From Macrostomum lignano (Eukaryota), in contig NIVC01000581.1 in assembly GCA_002269645.1 (NCBI GenBank), positions 1-64,000 of the forward strand: a stretch of DNA of 64,000 nucleotides. Direction: 5' to 3'. The notes beneath the pieces are model-generated. The model was not told the origin of the DNA and searched no databases. It saw only the letters and a list, made by a program, of their open reading frames with translations. This document shows, in pieces, positions 51,286-63,744 of the stretch (the first letter of the stretch is position 1; each line of letters begins with the position of its first letter). The translations under genes were made by a program, and so were the position numbers.

Positions 51286-53493
51286 ATGTCTGCTGCCGAT
51301 TCGGACCCCGTGGTCAGCCTGGCCGAAGGTCTCTCCCATACTAAACTGGCCACTGCCGACTCTTCCGACGCCGAGGACGCCGCCGCCTCCGATGGCCGCC
51401 TGCTGAGCTTTGCCGACCGCGGCCTGAAGCTGGACTCGGCCGAGGCTGCCACCGAAGTGACGGAAGCGCTGGGCGCGGGCGAGCCGGACGTGGCTGCGCT
51501 GGACCTCTCCGGCAACACCATAGGCGTGGCGGCCGCTGAAGCCATCGGGCTGGCGCTGGCGCGGCATTCGAGCAGCCTGCGCCGTCTGCTGTGGAAGGAC
51601 ACGTTCACCGGGCGGCTCAAGACCGAGATCGGGCCGGCTCTCACCGCAATGACCCGCCAGCTGGCCCTGCCCGACTCCGGGGCTCGCCTCACCGAGATCG
51701 ACCTCTGCGACATCGCCTTCGGCCCCAATGGAGTTGTAGGCGTTACCGACCTGCTGGCCTCGCCCGCCTGCTTCTCCCTCCGCGTGCTGCGGATGAACAA
51801 CGAGGGTCTCGGGCACCAGGGCTGCCGCCTGCTCTCCGACGCCCTCAGCCGCGGCATCGACGCCAGCGAAGCGGCTGGTCGGCCGCTGCGGCTGCGGGAG
51901 TTCTCGGCCGGCCGGAACCGGCTGGAGAACGCGGGCGTCGACATGCTGGCAGGGCCGCTGAGCCGCATGGCCAGCCTGCGCAAGCTGGAGCTGTACCAGG
52001 ACGGCATCGGCATTCACGGGCCCGAGGGCGCCCAGCAGCTCGCCGCCATTGTGGCTGCCAACCCCCACCTACGCTGCCTGAACCTTTCCGACAACAGCAT
52101 CAAGCCGGATGGAGCTCGGCTGCTGGCCGATGCTCTGCGCAAGCTGCCCAAACTCACCGAGCTCAACTTGGCCGACTGCCTGCTACTCAGCGATGGGGCT
52201 CAGGTGATGCTGGCATTTTTAACCCAATTTTAACTCTCGATAAGTCTATCAAAACCCCAGAAATTCTCCCATCATTTTACTCAGCAGTAGCTTTTGTCAC
52301 AAAGAAACGAACGACCACCAACTCTGTACAAACAACTGCAGGCCATTGCGGACGCCCTGGATGAGGCGCAGTGTCCCAGCCTCCGGAGTCTTATCATCAG
52401 CGGCAACGAGATCAACCGAGATGCCGCCCTGGCCGTCGCAGCGGCCGCCGCCGGCAAGCCGAGTCTCCGCCTGCTGGACCTAAACGCCAACGCCATCGGG
52501 CCGGAGGGCATCGAGCTCATCCGACAGCACGTCAGCGCCTCTGGCAGCGCCGAGCTCGCCTCATTTTCCGACGACGAGGGCGAGGACGACGGCGAGGAGG
52601 GTGACGAAGACGATGAGGAGGCCGAAGAGGAGGGTGGCGATGGTGGCGACAGGGGCGCGGAGGAGGACGAAGTCAAGGCCGCCACAGCTGGGCTGTCCAT
52701 CGGCGGCGGCGGCGCGGGGAATCGCAGCCTGTTCGACAACGTGCCGGAGCTGGGTCTCTCCGGCTGCAGCCTCTTCGGCGGCGGCTCCGCCTCTTCTAAG
52801 CCTGCTGCTGCTGCCGGCTCTGGCGGCGGCGTTGTGGCCTTCAGCTTCAAGGCGGCGGCATCGGTCACCCCCGCTGCAGAGAAGCCGGCGGGCTCGGATG
52901 TCGGTCAGCCGCTGCTTCGGCCAGGCCGCCTGTCTGCTGGAGGTGGTCGCTCCGACGGCGAGTCCTCGGCAGCGGCCTCACTGGTGGACCGCCTGCTGAC
53001 CTCGCCGGCCACCTTCAAGCTCGGCGAGGATGGCCTGGCCTCACTCGGTCCAGAACCCGGGCCCCGTGTGCTCCGCGCTGCTCTGTCGGCGCCTGACATG
53101 CCCGACCGCTGCCAGCGCCTGGTGGCCGGCGCTCTGGCGCTGAGCCAGCAGTCCGACTCGGCCCCCGCGGAGTCAGCCGCCGCCGGCTTGCTGCAGGCAG
53201 CGATGAAGTCGGAGTCGTCGGCCCCCGGAGGCTGGGTGCAGGCTGTGCTCACCGAGTGCGGCCTCATCAAGTGCGAGCGCTTGCGCAACCGACGCCGGCC
53301 ATGCGAATTGGCGCGCACGGCGCCATTTTGGCGCGCCTTGGGACAAGCGCTAGCAGCCGTTGGCGAATCGGCCGGAGAAGAGCAGCGCCGCTGCCTGGCC
53401 GCCTGTCTGGAGGGCCTCTGGCCGCGTGACGACAAGTCGCCGGCCGCCTCTGCCAAGCAGAGCCTCGTCGGCTCGCTGGCCGCCACCGCGTAG
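51286..53493 (+). CDS. RANGAP1: Ran GTPase-activating protein 1; exons 51286-52203, 52342-53493
   Basis: LSGNTIG, DTFTGRLKTEI, RI-type LRRs (AGRNRLEN), an acidic tract and C-terminal GLIKCE. Confidence 0.95.
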
Positions 53494-53571
53494 GCGGCGA
53501 CGCAAATTCAGTACGCGATGCGGCCCGCGTTCTGCCTGTCTCTTTGAACTTTCTGCATATTGGCGAATTGT

Positions 53572-54308
53572 AGGAGATCTGGGCGTATTACAGGAGATCT
53601 AGGCGTATTACAGGAGATCTGGGCGTATTACAGGAGATCTGTGCGTATTACAGGAGATCTAGGCGTATTACAGGAGACCTAGGCGTATTACAGGAGATCT
53701 GGGCGTATTACAGGAGATCTAGGCGTATTACAGGAGATCTGGGCGTATTACAGGAGATCTAGGCGTATTACAGGAGATCTTGGCGTATTACAGGAGATCT
53801 AGGCGTATTACAGGAGATCTAGGCGTATTACAGGAGACCTAGGCGTATTACAGGAGATCTAGGCGTATTACAGGAGATCTAGGCGTATTCCAGGAGACCT
53901 GGGCGTATTACAGAAACCTAGACTTATTACAGAAGATCTAGACTTATTACAGGAGACCTAGACTTATTACAGGAGATCTAGGCGTATTACAGGAGACCTG
54001 GGCGTATTACAAGAGATCTAGGCGTATTCCAGGAGATCTAGGCGTATTACAGGAGACCTGGGCGTATTACAGGAGACCTAGACTTATTACAGGAGATCTA
54101 GACTTATTACAGGAGACCTAGACTTATTACAGGAGATCTAGGCGTGTTACAGGAGATCTAGACTTATTACAGGAGACCTAGACTTATTACAGGAGATCTA
54201 GACGTATTACAGGAGATCTAGGCGTATTACAGGAGATCTAGGCGTATTACAGGAGACCTAAGCGTATTACAGGAGACCTATGTGTAATACAGGAGACCTG
54301 GGCGTATT
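53572..54308. repeat. 20-bp minisatellite (AGGAGATCTAGGCGTATTAC)
   Basis: Read directly from the sequence. Confidence 0.97.
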
Positions 54309-55147
54309 CTAATCGAAAACCGGCTATCTAGACAAGACTGCCGCACGTACCTGCGAGCTGTGGAATCAAGTTGTGTGGCTGCAAATAAATCGAGAAATGA
54401 TTTGCCCAGTTGAAGTAGCTCACGGTTTTTAAACTAGTATTTGAAGCCCTGTTCTCATTTGCAAAGTATTGTATGAATCCTTGATTGCGCTCCATCTATT
54501 CAAAATGCAGCATTTAAAGTTACCACCCTTCCCCCAAGTCTACCCCATTACCCTTTCCTCTCTACCCCCGTATTTCCTAATCTGCGTTGCGTTGCCGCAA
54601 ATTCTGCACAAAAAAATCCGTTCTATTTTGGTATTTATTAAATTTATTTTATTTAATGAATTCTATGTGCGATTAACAATGTAATTGGCTATGAATTTTA
54701 ATTATACTACACTGTGAATGCTGAAATGCTCTTTGTTCTGGGTTTTCGCATCTTTTTTTCAATTTCTATGCCATTCTCGTAGGCTAGCTTGTGCCCTTTT
54801 CTGTGCATCTGTGCGCAACAAAATCTGTGTGAAGAATCGCCCTGTGTGAACAACCATCTGTGTGATCAATCGCCCTGTAAGAAAAATCGCCCTGTGTGAA
54901 CAACCACCTGTGTGATCAATCGCCCTGTAAGAACAATCGCCCTGTGTGAACAATAGCCCTGTGATCAATTGCCCTCTCTGAGCAATCGCCCCTGTGGAGT
55001 CAGGCAACCCATGAACATGCAAAAAGCAGCCTCATTGCGACATTCTTCAGCAATCGGGTGGCTCAAGCAGAGCCCCACGCGAGCGCACGAGAGTCAACAG
55101 CAGCCAATAATCGGACCTACAGGCAGACTTGGAGGCCAGCCGCAGCG

Positions 55148-56673
55148 ATGGCCACCCAGCCGAAGCGCACGCTGATCAAAGCCATCATCCTGGGCGACCA
55201 GGGAGTCGGCAAGACCGCGCTGCTGCACAGGCTGGTGAAGAACAGCTTCACCCAGTATTACAAAACTACCGTATGCGTGGACTTCCTCACCAAGGACGTC
55301 TGCATTGATGGCCGGCCGGTGACGCTGCAGCTGTGGGACACGGCCGGCCAGGACCGATTCAGGTCGCTTGGCGCTTTCTACTTCCGCGGAGCCGACGCTT
55401 GCGTGCTGGGTGCGGCTCTTGCTTGGCTGTTTGCTTGCTTCTTTGTTTGCTTCACCTACTTGCAGTAGCATGTGTCTGCAACTCAGGAGTTAAGCATCCT
55501 TAGAGCGCCCTCAGAGCAGCCACACTGGAAGTGCTGGCCAATCAGCTCACCCTGTCGTGAGCAGGTAGAAATACAGATTTGCACCTCCCCCCGTGATGAG
55601 ACTCAGCGCTCTGGAAGCTGTACATGTACAGTCCTCGGAAGCTTATTGTAAAGCTTATCCAACATCACCCTGGTGAACCCTAGCGCTATATAATCCCGTT
55701 GAAAACGATACCGTGAAAAGAATCGCTAAAAAGTCATTGCAAACAACTCTCTAGTGACTAGCGACTCTAGCGTCTAATGCGGCGGAGGCAACCTTTGCGT
55801 CACAAGCCAAGCGCATCACGTGAGTTATAGAATCGTAAAGAGTTGCGAAAGAGTCGCCCAAGAATCGTTGTGTTGGTGCTTAACTTTCGCTAAAGATGCT
55901 ACTCTAATGCGACTCCAGCATGCCTTTGGTACGACTCTACGGCCTCAGAGTTGTTAGACCGCCGCGACTTGGGCGACTCTTTGACGAATTTTCGGCGACT
56001 TGTACCGTGACATCTCGTCGTTTTAGCCGTTTAGAGTTGATTCTTTCCTATTTACCTGTGTCATCTGCAGTGACTCTGGGGTGACTCGGGTGACTCTGGA
56101 ACGCTTCTTGGCATAGGTACCGTTTTCATTGGGAATGCCATCAGCTATTGTTCTTGAGCGTGTTATCTGTACAGGCCAAGCACAAGCAGAGCCTTTAGTA
56201 TTTCTTCCATTAATAGGCTTATGCAGTGAATATGTTATATGCATTACTGCCAGTAGCATAGCCAGCCACCCGACCATCGCCTCACCCCAGTGTACGACGT
56301 CACTCAACCGAACTCGTTCAAGTCGCTGGACTCTTGGCGCGACGAATTCCTGGTGCAGGCGGGGCCCCGCGACCCGGACAAATTCCCCTTCATCCTGATC
56401 GGCAACAAGGTGGACCTGGAGAGCCGCTCCGTCACGAAGAAGCGGGCCGCCCAGTGGGCTCAGTGCAAGAGCGGCATGCCCTACATCGAGTGCTCCGCCA
56501 AGGAGGCCGTCAACGTTGACGAGGCCTTCTGTTCGCTGGCCCGCATCGCCCTGGCCCGCGAGACCTCCGCTGTTGCCGCCGATGAGGCTGCGGCTGCCGA
56601 AATTCCCGCGGCCATCCAGCTGCGGGCCGGCGATGCGGACTCGAACTCCGGACACCGGGCCTGCCAGTGCTGA
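55148..56673 (+). CDS. RAB7: Rab7-like small GTPase; exons 55148-55409, 56291-56673
   Basis: [52 protein letters not shown], and a CQC prenylation end. Confidence 0.85.
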
Positions 56674-58063
56674 GTGGGCTTCCTCTGACTGGGAGAATCG
56701 GGGAAAATGGAACCGGCGCTTCCCTTCAAACGGCCAATCCTGGCCAATTTAATCGTTTTGAAATGGCTGAAGGGATAAGCGGGCAAAGTTGTTCACACAG
56801 ATAACTTACACAGGGCTGTAAGCGAAGCCTGTTCTACCATTGTGAATTTGTTGAGCAGCCGGCATTTTGGGAGACTTTGCTCCGCCTTTCTCTTTAGTCT
56901 ATTCGGAAACATCGACCGGGTTTCCAATTTCTTGGTCCGGCCCGCTTGACTCCCAACAGAAGCGATTGACGCTGCTCAGAGCTGAGCACTCATCCAGGAT
57001 GCGCTAATTCTGGCTTCTGCTTTGCTTATTGCATGCGAATTTATACTTTCCTTTGTTGCACAACTCAATTCCTTGACTCCATATGGCAGTCCTGAGTTCG
57101 AAGCAAATGACCCGAGTGGGTCTTCGCCTGCTTGCCCCGAGCGCCAAGGCTGCTGCTACAAGCGAAATTCGTTAATTCCCTTTATCCCCCGCTACTATTT
57201 TTTTGATTTGAGAGTCTGTTTCCATTTGACTCATTCGCCTGTATAATTTGAGCTGTACACAATGGGCACCGCAAGCCCTGCGCCTGTTTTAGTTCCCCAC
57301 CTTCATCAACTTTATCCAGATCTGTTTTATTTGGTGTTCTCGCCATTGCTGTGTGTGGCAACCTCGGATCTGCAATATTATTCATATATTTTAAGTTCCT
57401 CATCTTGGCATGTAGATTATCGTCCTACTCCACACTTGAGCGTTCAATTTCAGTTGAATGCTAAAATTTGTTTTTAATCTGACGCTTTTTCCTGAGTGGC
57501 CCTGGCTGTCTCGCTGAGAATCTCGGGGCAGCGCACCCTGCTGTGTGCTCTTAATTCTGTCGCTTGTTCATTTGGCATTTTAAGCAGAGGTTTTTGGCAA
57601 TATTCTGATCAACGAATATAATTATAGCATTATTTTTAGTATATGAATTTAGTATGTGGATACTGCGGCTTTTCATCTACTTTCTTTTTTCTGCTTCGCG
57701 CTCGCACTGCTTGTTTCATCATGACAGATTTGGCGCACTTTGACAGGACTTTTGGATTGGAGCCTCAGTGGGTCTTTATCACACAACCTCAGCTAAAATT
57801 GAAATTTTCCGACTGTTTGTTTTTACTCTTTTAGCGCACCGTCAGTTTATTTTTGTGTGCAGAGTGCAGACCGATTCTGTAGCAAATTGTTGTAATAAAT
57901 GCGAATCTGTGCAAGATTATCAACACTGTGGCGCTTATGCTGTCTCTTGCGTTTATTTGCAATGATTTATCGATTCTGTGCTCAGCCCCAATGCCAGGCA
58001 TCAAAGGAAGTTGATCAAAACCCAATACTCGAGGGAGTTGCTCAGATGCCAAGTCTTGAGGCA

Positions 58064-58522
58064 AATTGGTAAAATATGGGAATTGGTAAAACACCGAAAA
58101 TAGGTAAAATATGGGAATTGGTAAAACACCGAAAATTAGTAAAACATGGGAATTGGTAAAGCACCGAGTCTCAATGGGAATTGGTAAAGCACCGAGTCTC
58201 AATGGGAATTGGTAAAACACCGAGTCTCAATGGGAATTGGTAAAACACCGAGTCTCAATGGGAATTGGTAAAACACCGAGTCTCAATGGGAATTGGTAAA
58301 GCACCGAGTCTCAATGGGAATTGGTAAAGCACCGAGTCTCAATGGGAATTGGTAAAGCACCGAGTCTCAATGGGAATTGGTAAAGCACCGAGTCTCAATG
58401 GGAATTGGTAAAGCACCGAGTCTCAATGAGAATTGGTAAAACACCGAGTCTCAATAGGAATTGGCCAAGCACCGAGTCTCAATGGGAATTGGTGAAACAC
58501 CGAGTCTCAATGGGAATTGGTA
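58064..58522. repeat. 28-bp minisatellite (GGGAATTGGTAAAGCACCGAGTCTCAAT)
   Basis: Read directly from the sequence. Confidence 0.95.
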
Positions 58523-58710
58523 GAAGGCCGTCTTTACGGGAATTAATAAAAAAATTAAAGTCATTTGCCGTGTTGGAATTGGAATTGTCAATTGCCAAGA
58601 ACTCTGGGAACCGTGCAGTGTATTTGCTTGCTGTCTGAAGTCCGGGAGCTGTCTGTCTGCAAGGCCCCAGGGGGCGAGCATTCCAGTCTAGCGGACAAGC
58701 CCCAGTCTTT

Positions 58711-59888
58711 GTGCCGCACTCTGCCCAATGCTTTGGCAATTTGCCCAACCAGCGCCCGCAGTGCCGGCTGGCCAGCGTCAAAATTGTTGTCTTGGGCGAT
58801 GCCGGCGTCGGCAAGACGGCCCTGCTGCACCGGCTGGTTCACAGCGGTTACCATGGAGACGGTATCTATCGGGCCACCATCGGCTCGGATCTGCTGATGA
58901 AGCGGCTGGTGCTGAACTGCGGAGCCGAGGTGACGCTGCAGCTGTGGGACACGGCCGGGCAGGAGCGGTTCAGGTCGCTTAACCGCGCCTACTTCAGAGG
59001 GGCCGACGGCTGCGTGCTCGGTGCGGGCTCTTGTGCTGGCATTTGCGCCTGAGTATTTGTTCTGGCAATGCATCATCAGTTCTGGCATGCAAGCCAGGCA
59101 AAATCATTGCGTATTGAAAGATGGGGTTGGGGCGTCCAAATTCCTCATTGTAAACCACTCGTGGGGGCTCATCATAGCCTCGACGGCGGCTTCCGAATTG
59201 CGGGTCGTGTGGAAAACTTTTACACATTAAAACTAAACCACTGGCTGTTATAGCATTTCTATACGAGAGTTAAAATTCGTGTCAGTAGTAGAAAAGCGTT
59301 GGTTTGCGATTGGATTGAAGTGGAGACTGTACGCCAGGCTTCCATCTTCAACGACATCGTCAGGGGATTCTGCCAACTCCACAGCTTCCCCTGATGGGGG
59401 GACCAGCACAGAGAATAAAGGCCTTGAACTTTTCAAACGGGTCTAAAGAAAATGGATTGATCAATCAGATCGCCTGGCAGCTCCGCCCCGCTCCTCCCGC
59501 AGTGTTCGACCTGACCAGCACCGCCAGCCTCGCCTCCCTGACACACTGGCGCCAGGAATTCGACTCGGAACGGTCCGGGTTCGAATCCGCAGCCGCCTTG
59601 CCGCCGCTGCTGTTGCTGGGTAACAAGGCCGACCTGCCCACGGGCAGCCGCGCGGTTTCCGGCCGATGCGTCGCCGCCTGGCGCAGCGCCCAGCAGCTGC
59701 CTAGCGATGCCGAGCGCTACTTCGAGTGCTCCGCCAAGACTGGCCTGAATGTTGAGGCCGCCTTCCGCCACCTGGCCGCTGCCTGCCTGTCACGGAGGCA
59801 GCGCCACCCGATGGAGGCCGGCCTGCGGCTCGCGCTGACTAACGGAACAGGCGACAGCGCCTCTGGCTGTGTGTGCCGCCCAGCCTGA
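58711..59888 (+). CDS. Divergent Rab7/Rab9-family paralog; exons ~58711-59020, 59503-59888; start codon not identified
   Basis: GDAGVGKT, WDTAGQERF, GNKAD, ECSAK. It has the same intron position and a similar donor sequence to the upstream Rab. Confidence 0.75.
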
Positions 59889-60776
59889 ATTTCCCACCAA
59901 ATCTCAGGGGGGAGAATTTCTGTTTTATGCGACTCTGCAGTATTAGCCTTTTTGGCCCATTGCTCAGCGGGTGCTTTGGGTAAGCTGGGCATCACTGTAC
60001 TGTACGCTTTTCCATCGCTGTTTTTTACTGATGGACCACGTAGGTATCCAAATTTTATTTTGGAGCCGGGTTCCTCTCTGACCGTCCGCTGTACTTTTTA
60101 TAGCTGCGTGAAGAGTATTTCTCCCTTTGCTATCTGGCGGCAGTCTGCTTGCTCAGTATTTGTTTGAACAGAAGCAGCAGAGCAAGCCTGTGCCTGTCAG
60201 TTTTTAGTCCGATTTCTGTCCGTGAAAAAGATACTCTGCTGCATGCGTAAGAAAGCAATGTAAAGTTTTTATCAAATATACCCTACCTGACTGACTGTCA
60301 AATGTATAAATGTTTCATAAATTCACTACACATCACATATTGGCTTCGATTTGAAAGAATGATTTTTATGACTGCCATTTTGTCTCTCTGCTACTGCCAT
60401 TCCAACCCTTGGATGCCTGCCGCTTTAATCTCACCTTGAGTCTGCACTGGTAATGACGGAGTTTACAAATTGGATAATTAGAGCTTACATACAAACATGT
60501 ATATCGCTTTTCTCTAATCACTGTTGACTGTCCTGACGCTGACAGAACAAATTAAAGGATGAAATTTCCTGTACATTTTCACTTCAACTCCACGGCCATC
60601 GTGCATGACAGCTCGAGCTAATGAGCTGCAGGTATCTCTGACAGGTAGGCGACCGCATGCAGCAGCCTCGGTGTCGAGTTTCCAGTATTGGCCATAAAAG
60701 CGCATTTGGACAGCCAAACTCGGCCTCGCTCGCGAAGTTCGCTGCCGCCACGGCCTCAGCAACTGTTTTGAAGCAA

Positions 60777-62008
60777 ATGACGGCGCCGGGCGAAAATTCC
60801 TCGGCTGACACAGCGGGCGATGAAGAAGAGCCGAGCCCGAAGTGGCAGCTGCGCTACTGGCCCAACGTGCCTGGCAGAGCGGAGTTCATCCGCCTCATCC
60901 TGGTGGAAGCTGGGCAGGAGTTCAGCGAGCACTGCGACCCCGAGGCCATCTACCTGGACTTCAAGTGTCAGCAGAAAACTGGCTGGCCTGTGTTTGCTGT
61001 GCCCATGATAAAGCAGGGTGAGGTTGCTGTGCCCATGATAAAGCAGAGTGAGGGAGGTTGCCGTGCCCATGATAAAGCAGAGTGAGGGAGGTTGCTGTGC
61101 CCATGATAAAGCAGAGTGAGGGAGGTTGCTGTGCCCATGATAAAGCAAGGTGAGGGAGGTTGCTGTGCCCATGATAAAGCAGGGTGAGGGAGTTTGCTGT
61201 GCCCATGATAAAGCAGGGTGAGGGAGTTTGCTGTGCCCATGATAAAGCATTCGATCGAACATTGGGACACAAATTAATTTAAGTTATCCCAAAGTTTACA
61301 CTATTGTTTACCAAAGTCTTAAGTTAAATAGAGAGAGGAGTTTCGTAGAGGTAAATTCTGGATTCTGTTGGATGGACGGCGGGTGCTGGCATCTCTTACT
61401 GCACTTTTACAAGGCGACAGTAGAGCTGCAGCTTCAGCACTGATGAGGCTACTTCGGACTGATGTTGGCCGATATTTCACCTCCCAGGCGACTTCGAGCT
61501 GGGCCAGACGGCCACCATCTGCCGCTACCTGGCCGAGCGGCTCGGCCTGCTGCCCGATGGCGAGCCGGACCGCTGGCGGGCCGACCAGACCTGCGCCACC
61601 GTCATGGACTTCATCACGGAGGGCCGGCTGGCCTTCCACGGCCGCAACTTCTACGAGTCGTACTTCGGCCAGGAGGCGGAGACGCGGCCCTACATAGACT
61701 ATTTTGAGCGGCACCGGCTGCCCAAGTTCCTGCGCCACTTCGAGCAGGTGCTCAGCTTCAACGCGGCCAACTGGGACGCTTCTGGCGGCGGCCGGTTTGT
61801 CGTGGGCCGGCGGGTGACCTACTGCGACCTCTGCCTGCTGCACGTGCTGCGTGCTGCGGAGTCGCAGTTTCCGGCCGCCTGGGCCCGCAGCATCGGCGAC
61901 TGTCCGAGGCTGGCCGAGTTCAAGGCCGGAATGGAGAACCGGCCGAGAGTTCGCGACTACCTGAGCTCGGCCAGGTGCAAGCCGTTTGAGGGGAACAGCA
62001 TGATGTGA
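60777..62008 (+). CDS. GST: Glutathione S-transferase; exons 60777-61017, 61488-62008
   Basis: YWPNVPGRAEFIRLIL, FAVPMIKQG|DFELGQTATICRYLA, TYCDLCLLH, RPRVRDYL. Confidence 0.9.
60995..61249 (+). repeat. 34-bp minisatellite containing the GST exon-1 end and splice donor (7 donors)
   Basis: GCTGTGCCCATGATAAAGCAG(G/A)GTGAG recurs, with donors at 61018, 61048, 61082, 61116, 61150, 61184 and 61218. Confidence 0.93.
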
Positions 62009-62334
62009 CGGGGCCGGGCCATCGGTAGACTGCAGATGGATCATCGCTATAGACTACAGGCGTTCGATCTTTACTACATTAATTTGCTCGTAGTTTTAAT
62101 GCAATGGAGTGCAGCTTTTTGGTGATGGTGCTTTGTAACAAATAAAGGCAAGTTCGGTTGCTCAAATACTTAAATATTAGCGAATGTGAACATTAAAAGC
62201 ATTTGATTGCTTGAAATTCACCGAATTTCAGTTTCCTGATCACATGCAGTACAGCATCAAGATTGCTTCTTTTTCGGCATTGTTGGACCGCATTTGGCAC
62301 TGAAGAGTTGGAACGAAGTTTAAGTTGCTACCGA

Positions 62335-62521
62335 CACCGCTCCCGACCTCCTTCAGTGGGCACCACCGCTCCCGACCTCCTTCAGTGGGCACCACCGCTC
62401 CCGACCTCCTTCAGTGGGCACCACCGCTCGTTCCTGACCTCCTTCAGTGGGCACCACCGCTCGATCCTGACCTCCTTCAGTGGGCACCACCGCTCGATCC
62501 TGACCTCCTTCAGTGGGCACC
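62335..62521. repeat. 29-30-bp minisatellite (CCTTCAGTGGGCACCACCGCTC...)
   Basis: Read directly from the sequence; it shares CCTTCAGTG(A/G)GC with the CCT6 intronic repeat. Confidence 0.9.
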
Positions 62522-63027
62522 AACACAAGCCTCAGCCTACAACGCTAGTCTTGTTCATACGCCAATGTGCGTTTCAAGCAAGAAGACCCAGAAGGAATAT
62601 ATTGTGCACAAAAATGAAGTCAAGCAGACGCACATTGTCAGTCACTGTTTGTCAGAAATTCCTCATGTTTTTATTTATTTAATTAAGTCTCATTGAAATA
62701 TGATCCATATTTATTTTATAACATTCAACTAGAATTATTTCCATCAAATTTTAATTGATAAGATCAGGGAAAAATCATGACGAACTTACAGGTAAAATTA
62801 GCACTTGGGATCATCTTTTGACTAAATTTCGTATAGCGCGTTTGCAAAAGAAATTACTGGGAGTTTTTCTAGCCTTTTTGTGGTTTTTGTGGGGACTTTG
62901 ATGTCTAAGGACAGCATGCTTACACAGACTCAAGATTTGGAGCTTTTGTTAATGCTGCTGTCTATGCGTGAGCAGTCTCTGATGGCGCTAGCTGGTCTTT
63001 TGGCCAATAAGGATGAACTTGGCATGC

Positions 63028-63237
63028 TCAATGATGATGTCCGTCGTGCATGTGATGATCATGTCCGTCGTGCATGTGATGGTCATGTCCGTCGTGCGGA
63101 TGATGGTCATGTCCGTCTTGCCGGGTCCTCAGTTGATTCCTCAGCAGCATTTCGCCAGCGCTGAGGGCCTCCGTGCTGACCGCCAGCGCTGCCAGGCTCG
63201 TCACAACGAATGTTAGGATCGCGATAGTCGATGTCAT
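63028..63237 (-). CDS. Putative secreted His-rich peptide precursor (69 aa)
   Basis: Signal-like MTSTIAILTFVVTSLAALAVSTEA, then QDGHDHHPH-DGHDHHMH-DGHDHHMH-DGHHH and a stop. Confidence 0.55.
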   Translation of the reverse strand: MTSTIAILTFVVTSLAALAVSTEALSAGEMLLRNQLRTRQDGHDHHPHDGHDHHMHDGHDHHMHDGHHH

Positions 63238-63744
63238 GCTGGCGGTTGATCGAGCTTGCTGGTACGAGGCTGCAACTTGAGAGTATTTGCCCACTACTTG
63301 CTTTGGCTGTCGCTTGCTCACTGAACCTGAGAGGCTGCCCCAACCACCGCTCCGGCCTGCATGTGGCCTTTTATTATACTGTGCTGCGGCAGTGACACTT
63401 TCGTCTGTGGCTGAAACCGTTGGCCTGTAGGCGCAATTTCTCAAGCTTAAGGCCTGAACTGTTATGCCGAGCGAAACTTTGGCCATAGACTATTATCTGC
63501 TTGTCCCAGCCCGCGTAGCTGGATCGCTGAATTCAGAAAAGTACAACGATTCAATATAGCTGGTAAGAATGCAAACAGTTTCGAAAGACTTTATTGAGCG
63601 ATCCATCTTGATCATTTAGTATCTGGGCCCGTTTGTACTTTTAGTCAACATCAAGAATTCGCTTTTTTGTCATACTCGTAGATTTAAAGACTGGGTGGCT
63701 TTCCAAATAATAGTGGCTAACAAATAAATCTGTCATTCTACGAG

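Noticed and set aside
47919-58522. Regular repeat arrays as possible CRISPR loci
   Set aside because: The units are head-to-tail with no unique spacers, there are no cas genes, and the context is eukaryotic.
60777-62008. GST as a bacterial/fungal horizontal transfer
   Set aside because: It has a spliceosomal intron and host-like codon usage, and I recall similar GSTs in other invertebrates. A phylogeny would be needed to claim transfer.
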